DNA of 64,000 bases from Massalongia carnosa (Eukaryota), in assembly GCA_965645245.1 (NCBI GenBank), contig OZ287079.1, forward strand, positions 1,240,001 to 1,304,000. Direction: 5' to 3'. The position numbers and the translations under genes were made by a program. Below the pieces are notes generated by a model that saw only the letters and a list, made by a program, of their open reading frames with translations, was not told where the DNA came from and ran no database searches. This document shows, in pieces, positions 59,436 through 64,000 of this stretch; positions within the stretch are counted from its first letter, which is position 1, and each line of letters opens with the position of its first letter.

Positions 59436-62245
59436 TATCGGTCTTGGCAACCTCCGCGCCTCCGACTGAAACAAGTAAGGAGGCTAATCTTGAGCGGGTT
59501 CCTTGTATTAGATATCCGGTCCATTTGAGGAAGGATCAAGACGAGATACAGGCTTTGATAGATTCGGGCAGCGAGGTCAACGCAATGCACCCCGCTTATG
59601 CCGCGAAACTAGGGCTTCGTGTTAGGGAAACAGATGTCGGGGCGCAAAAGATTGATGGATCTCACCTGGATACCTTCGGTATGGTTATCGCAGGGTTCGC
59701 GGTCAAGGACAAGCTAGGGAAGGTTCGATTCTTCCAGGAAACCTTGTTGGCTAATATTAGCCTGGAGGTGGTCCTGGGGATGCCTTTTCTTACACTCAGC
59801 AGTGTGGATATACGGTTCGCAGAGCGAGAGCTCGCCTGGAGAACCTACACAGCTGCCGAGGCTTTACCAACAACCAGACGTGTGGAGATCATCGATAAGG
59901 AAGAATTCGCGGCGGCGGTCCTTGGAGGAGACGACGAGGCATATGTGGTGCATGTAATGGCCGTAAGCAAGCCATCGTCCATGCCGATCCACGCCTCTCG
60001 TCAGGCCCAAGTAGCCTCGCTAGTGAGCGAGGAGGCCAAGATCCCCGTTGAATATTCCGACTTCTCTGAAGTCTTCTCCCCTGACTCCGCAGTAGAGCTA
60101 CCGGAGCACACCGGCATTAACGACCATCCTATCGACCTAGTAGATGGTAAGCAGCCACCTTATGGCCCAATCTACAGCCTAGGTCCTGTGGAACTAGAGA
60201 CACTGAAAACCTACATCGAAACCAACCTAGCCAGCGGTTTTATTAGGCCTTCCCAGTCTCCGGCTGGTGCTCCGATACTGTTCATCCGCAAGAAGGACGG
60301 TAGTCTCCGCCTGTGTGTGAATTATCGAGGACTCAATACCCTGACGATCAAGAATCGGTACCCGTTACCCTTGATTGGAGAGTCGCTTGATCGACTAGGC
60401 CGTGCCAAGCGATTTACCCATCTGGATCTCACGAATGCGTATCATCGGATGCGAATTCGAGAAGGTGACGAATGGAAGACGGCCTTCAGGACTCGATATG
60501 GCCACTTCGAGTATCAGGTTATGCCCTTCGGCCTTTCCAATGCCCCAGCTAGTTTTCAGGGCTATATCAACAAAATTCTAGCAGAGAAACTCGACATCTT
60601 CGTCATCGTATACTTAGATGACATCCTGATCTATACCGAGGACTCAGGCCAAGGCCACGTTGAGGCTGTTAAGTGGGTCTTGGAGAACCTCCGAAAAAAC
60701 GGACTTTTTGCCAATCTAAAGAAGTGCCGTTTTCATCAGGTTGAGGTTCGCTTCCTAGGCTACGTTGTCTCGGGCCAAGGAATTCGTATGGAAGAGGAAA
60801 GGATTGAAGCTGTCAAGAACTGGCCAGAACCCAAGTCAGTACGAGACGTCCAGGTGTTTCTGGGATTCGCCAACTTCTACCGGCGGTTCATCCGGGGGTT
60901 CAGCAAGATTGCTGCTCCTCTCACCTCGATGCTCAAAACAAACTTGGTAGCCAACACTGGGCCATCCCTAAAGGCAAGGCACGGAGAGGAAGAATCTTGT
61001 TTCCTAACTCCTGCCGCTAAGTTAGCCTTTGCCCAACTAAAGCAGGCGTTCACTGAAGCACCGATCCTCCGACATTTTGACCCTGAGCGCCACATCCGAC
61101 TTGAGACGGACGCCTCGGGTTACGCCATAGGTGGCGTTCTTAGCCAGCTGGATATCGAAACCGGCCAATGGCACCCAGTAGCGTATTTTTCTCGGAAAAT
61201 GATTCCTGCGGAAACTCGTTACGAAACTCACGATGGGGAACTACTGGCCCTCGTTGAAGCCTTTAAGAATTGGAGGCATTATCTCGAAGGTTGTAAGCAT
61301 GAAGTTCTCGTGCTTACAGACCACGACAACCTGCGGCGATTTATGGATACGAAGAGTTTAAGCCCCCGCCAGGTTCGCTGGGCGCAAGAACTCTCTCGTT
61401 ACAATTTCCGCATCGATTATCGTCAAGGCAAGGCTAATGAAGCTGCCGATGCTTTATCTCGCTATCCTCAGAAGAGCCAAGGCGAAGAGGAAGTGCTTCG
61501 AGCTGAGAATACTCGAATCCTTCACCGATTGCAGTCCTCGCTGACCAGCGCCAGCATCTCTGGTATCACTAGTATTCAGCATCTCACCCCTCCACACCAC
61601 GTCATCATCTGCGGAACGCACGTCTTCCCTCAACTACGTCAGTTTTGGGATACGCTCCGCCAAGACTTGACCTCTGAAGGTCCTTACAAAGTCAGCATTG
61701 GTGGCATGAGGTTGAGGTTGCAGGAGTTGCAGGAAGAAGATACCCAAGCTCAGATGGTTAGAGCAGAGAAGCTTGGAAAAGATGGCTGGGAAGATACCGA
61801 TGGGATTTTGCATTATCAAAGCTTGCCTTATGTCCCTGAGATCCTCAGAACTGAGCTAATTAGTAGGCATCATGATGATCCATTAGCAGGACATTTCGGC
61901 ATCGAAAAGACGCGAGAACTCATTGCGAGAAAGTACTTCTGGGAGACTCTCCGCCGCGACGTCGAGAGCTATGTCAAGGGCTGCGACGTCTGCTTATCTT
62001 CTAAAGCGGTCAGACACAAGCCTTACGGAGACCTACAGTCACTGCCAGTGCCAACTCATCGCTGGAAAGACTTCTCTATGGATTTCGTGACAGGGTTGCC
62101 TGAATCTGCGGATTGGAAGCGCAACAGTTACGATTCGATCCTGGTTATCGTCGACCGGCTTACGAAGATGGTGCACTATGAGCCAGTGCTGACAAAAGCT
62201 CTTGCAGAGTTTTCAACTGGTCGTATGCGACCGACGCCAAAATAG
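59426..62245 (+). CDS. pol: Gypsy Pol (PR-RT-RNaseH-partial IN), expressed by -1 frameshift
   Basis: ALIDSGS, MPFGLSNAPA, YLDD, ETDASG, integrase HHDDPLAGH...CDVC and SMDFVTGLP. The final ~15 codons appear to be read-through into foreign DNA. Confidence 0.9.
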   Translation, partial: KKLVSVLATSAPPTETSKEANLERVPCIRYPVHLRKDQDEIQALIDSGSEVNAMHPAYAAKLGLRVRETDVGAQKIDGSHLDTFGMVIAGFAVKDKLGKVRFFQETLLANISLEVVLGMPFLTLSSVDIRFAERELAWRTYTAAEALPTTRRVEIIDKEEFAAAVLGGDDEAYVVHVMAVSKPSSMPIHASRQAQVASLVSEEAKIPVEYSDFSEVFSPDSAVELPEHTGINDHPIDLVDGKQPPYGPIYSLGPVELETLKTYIETNLASGFIRPSQSPAGAPILFIRKKDGSLRLCVNYRGLNTLTIKNRYPLPLIGESLDRLGRAKRFTHLDLTNAYHRMRIREGDEWKTAFRTRYGHFEYQVMPFGLSNAPASFQGYINKILAEKLDIFVIVYLDDILIYTEDSGQGHVEAVKWVLENLRKNGLFANLKKCRFHQVEVRFLGYVVSGQGIRMEEERIEAVKNWPEPKSVRDVQVFLGFANFYRRFIRGFSKIAAPLTSMLKTNLVANTGPSLKARHGEEESCFLTPAAKLAFAQLKQAFTEAPILRHFDPERHIRLETDASGYAIGGVLSQLDIETGQWHPVAYFSRKMIPAETRYETHDGELLALVEAFKNWRHYLEGCKHEVLVLTDHDNLRRFMDTKSLSPRQVRWAQELSRYNFRIDYRQGKANEAADALSRYPQKSQGEEEVLRAENTRILHRLQSSLTSASISGITSIQHLTPPHHVIICGTHVFPQLRQFWDTLRQDLTSEGPYKVSIGGMRLRLQELQEEDTQAQMVRAEKLGKDGWEDTDGILHYQSLPYVPEILRTELISRHHDDPLAGHFGIEKTRELIARKYFWETLRRDVESYVKGCDVCLSSKAVRHKPYGDLQSLPVPTHRWKDFSMDFVTGLPESADWKRNSYDSILVIVDRLTKMVHYEPVLTKALAEFSTGRMRPTPK

Positions 62246-62900
62246 CCAACTAAGTACAGAGACACCGCACTGAAGCAGCAACAGTACCGTCGATTTTGAT
62301 ACTCTGAAACTTTCGCATTAGATTCTACCCATCTTTCTTATTCATTTGAGCCCCTCTTGAGCAAAAACGCACCAGAATTGGGTACGGTAGAGCTCCTTCA
62401 AGGCTCCTGCAGAGTTTTTATGCTGGTCGCATCCATCCAACTCATTCCAAAAAACGCCCCCTAAAAATTACAAAAAACAAAAAACATCTACAATTCCATC
62501 AAAAATCGCTCAATTTTCGATATCTCTTCGATTTCATTGTCGCATAGACCACATTTATTATCACCGAAATCATCAACAAAAACACTCACTGTCGCGTTAC
62601 TGTACACCTGTTGTCGTCGCGTCAAAATCTTTGAAGTTCATTTTCATATTTAAGGTTTCTGGTACCTGCGCAAGCAGTATATTTCTTGCATATTAAGTGC
62701 ATATTTCGTGCATAAGTTTATTTTAGGTTTTCTTGTTCATCATCGAACGGCCAGACCAACAATCTACTTTCGGACATCCATTTCTCAACATTGGACGGCC
62801 CGCTGAAAGGAAGGGGAAAAAGTCTGGAATAGGATTACACCAAAGGCCCTGTTTCAGGCTAATCAGAATAGGAGGTCCCTATTTTCTATACCGTACTTGA
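62195..62900. other. Unclassified, probably TE-derived non-coding segment truncating the Gypsy
   Basis: Abrupt shift to AT-rich sequence. Imperfect ~30-bp direct repeat at ~62195 and ~62400; recurrent GTCGC/GCGAC motifs. Confidence 0.35.
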
Positions 62901-63189
62901 TTTTATTTTTGATTAAAAAACACTAAAATTATCCTATTTGATCAAAATTTTCATTATTTTCAACTACCGTAGTGTCTGGTAAAGGGTTAAATCAGACTTA
63001 CTGCCTAAGCGAGGAACGGTCTACTTTAACCCGATAAGGATTTATTTGACTTGTTATTGTCAATTAAATAGGGATAGGAAAGAAAGAGTTATTTGACCAG
63101 TAAATCGGTGTAATATCTATTCTGACTAGTACGTCTGGGGAACGTCAGAATAAACTATTTGGTGGGGATAAAAGGGATATAGAAAAGCC

Positions 63190-64000
63190 ATGTTCAACCA
63201 GGTAATCAACCCGGTAGCACACTCGGCACTCCCTAGAACTAGGCGATTTTTGGCGAGACTACCCCCCCAAGGCCCCCCACCTAGAAATTTATCGGCCCGC
63301 CCAAGTACCCCCCCGGGTCCCCCCCAAAACGACTCTCCCGCGCCATCTTCAGTAGCCATGATAGGGAGCTCACCCCCATCCGACGAGTTTATAGAAGCTA
63401 TAGACCAGTCAGGAAAATTTTCGTCCGCACCATCCACACTGACCCCTAAAGCGAAAGCCTTCATTGCTCCATCTGGTGAATTTACTACCAATTTACCTAT
63501 GCCGTCATTACATTGGAATATTGGACTAAGCCCGCCAATCAATAGCAATAAAAGACGAACATTTGACGAGTATTCGATTGAAAGTCAAGAAGTCATCAAT
63601 CGAACGAAATCAATTCAACTACTAAATACGGCTAAAAACGCACTATTGGAGTCATTCGTACTAGATCAGAATCCCGAAACGGCTATTGTCATTGATAATA
63701 TCAATTATCTACTGACAAAGAAATAAATCAAGCCTAAAGCAACGCTGGAAATGATTGATTGGAAATTGAATAGGGTTCTGGAACAAACTAGCAAAGTTTC
63801 AGAAACAACGGGACAATCGGTGCGACCTACGCAAGCAAATTCGAATGGAAATTCGAATTTGACTCAAAACGTCAACCAAGCCATCCGGAGGGGAACAGCC
63901 GGGGTCCCGGGGCCGCAGCTCAACGAGTCAACTAAAACATGGAGTCAAATGCTCGGAAGAGCAACTGCTAATTCCGAAAATTGGACCACCGTTTCTCGAA
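63190..64000 (+). pseudogene. Probable non-LTR (Tad-like LINE) ORF1, partial, with a premature stop
   Basis: After the TAA at 63724-63726 the same frame stays open to the window end (IKPKATLEMIDWKLNRVLE...KTWSQMLG...NWTTVSR). The Pro-rich start, coiled-coil-like stretch and TWSQ/WTTV motifs resemble fungal LINE gag-like proteins. Confidence 0.5.

Larger units (their letters stand above)
57198..62195 (+). mobile_element. Ty3/Gypsy LTR retrotransposon nested in the Copia, 3'-truncated
   Basis: LTR TGTAAT...ATTACA, gag, and pol in order PR-RT-RH-IN. Homology stops just after VDRLTKMVHYEPV. Confidence 0.93.

Overview
Eukaryotic DNA from a filamentous ascomycete (Pezizomycotina-type gene set, short spliceosomal introns with CTRAC/CTAAT branch sites). 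Positions ~1.9-53.0 kb are a conserved housekeeping block. It contains the head-to-head myosin-motor chitin synthase pair (class VII csmB on -, class V csmA on +), a Rax1-like RGS membrane protein, IDH2, SEC5, a Whi5/Nrm1-motif protein, a TMEM184/DUF300 protein, CSF1, eEF2 and an RBM26/27-like PWI-CCCH-RRM protein. Mobile DNA occurs in three places. (1) A probable hAT-like terminus at 1-726. (2) A complete Fot1/pogo element with perfect 104-bp TIRs and TA target duplication, 68 bp upstream of the CSF1 start. (3) A nested pile from 53.1 kb to the end: a decayed Copia with a half-tRNA(iMet)-type PBS and an 8-unit ~45-bp hairpin array in its leader, interrupted inside RT by a Gypsy (1017-bp LTR, self-priming signature, A-AAA-AAC frameshift with candidate pseudoknot), which is itself cut off in the integrase by unclassified DNA followed by a probable LINE ORF1. 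I found no CRISPR, rRNA or tRNA and no convincing wholly new gene system. The most unusual signals are the Copia leader array, the two non-canonical priming modes, the TE in the CSF1 promoter, three clustered GC-AG introns and a recurrent TACAGAGTA palindromic motif. Gene names come from recognised motifs only; exon boundaries were read by eye.
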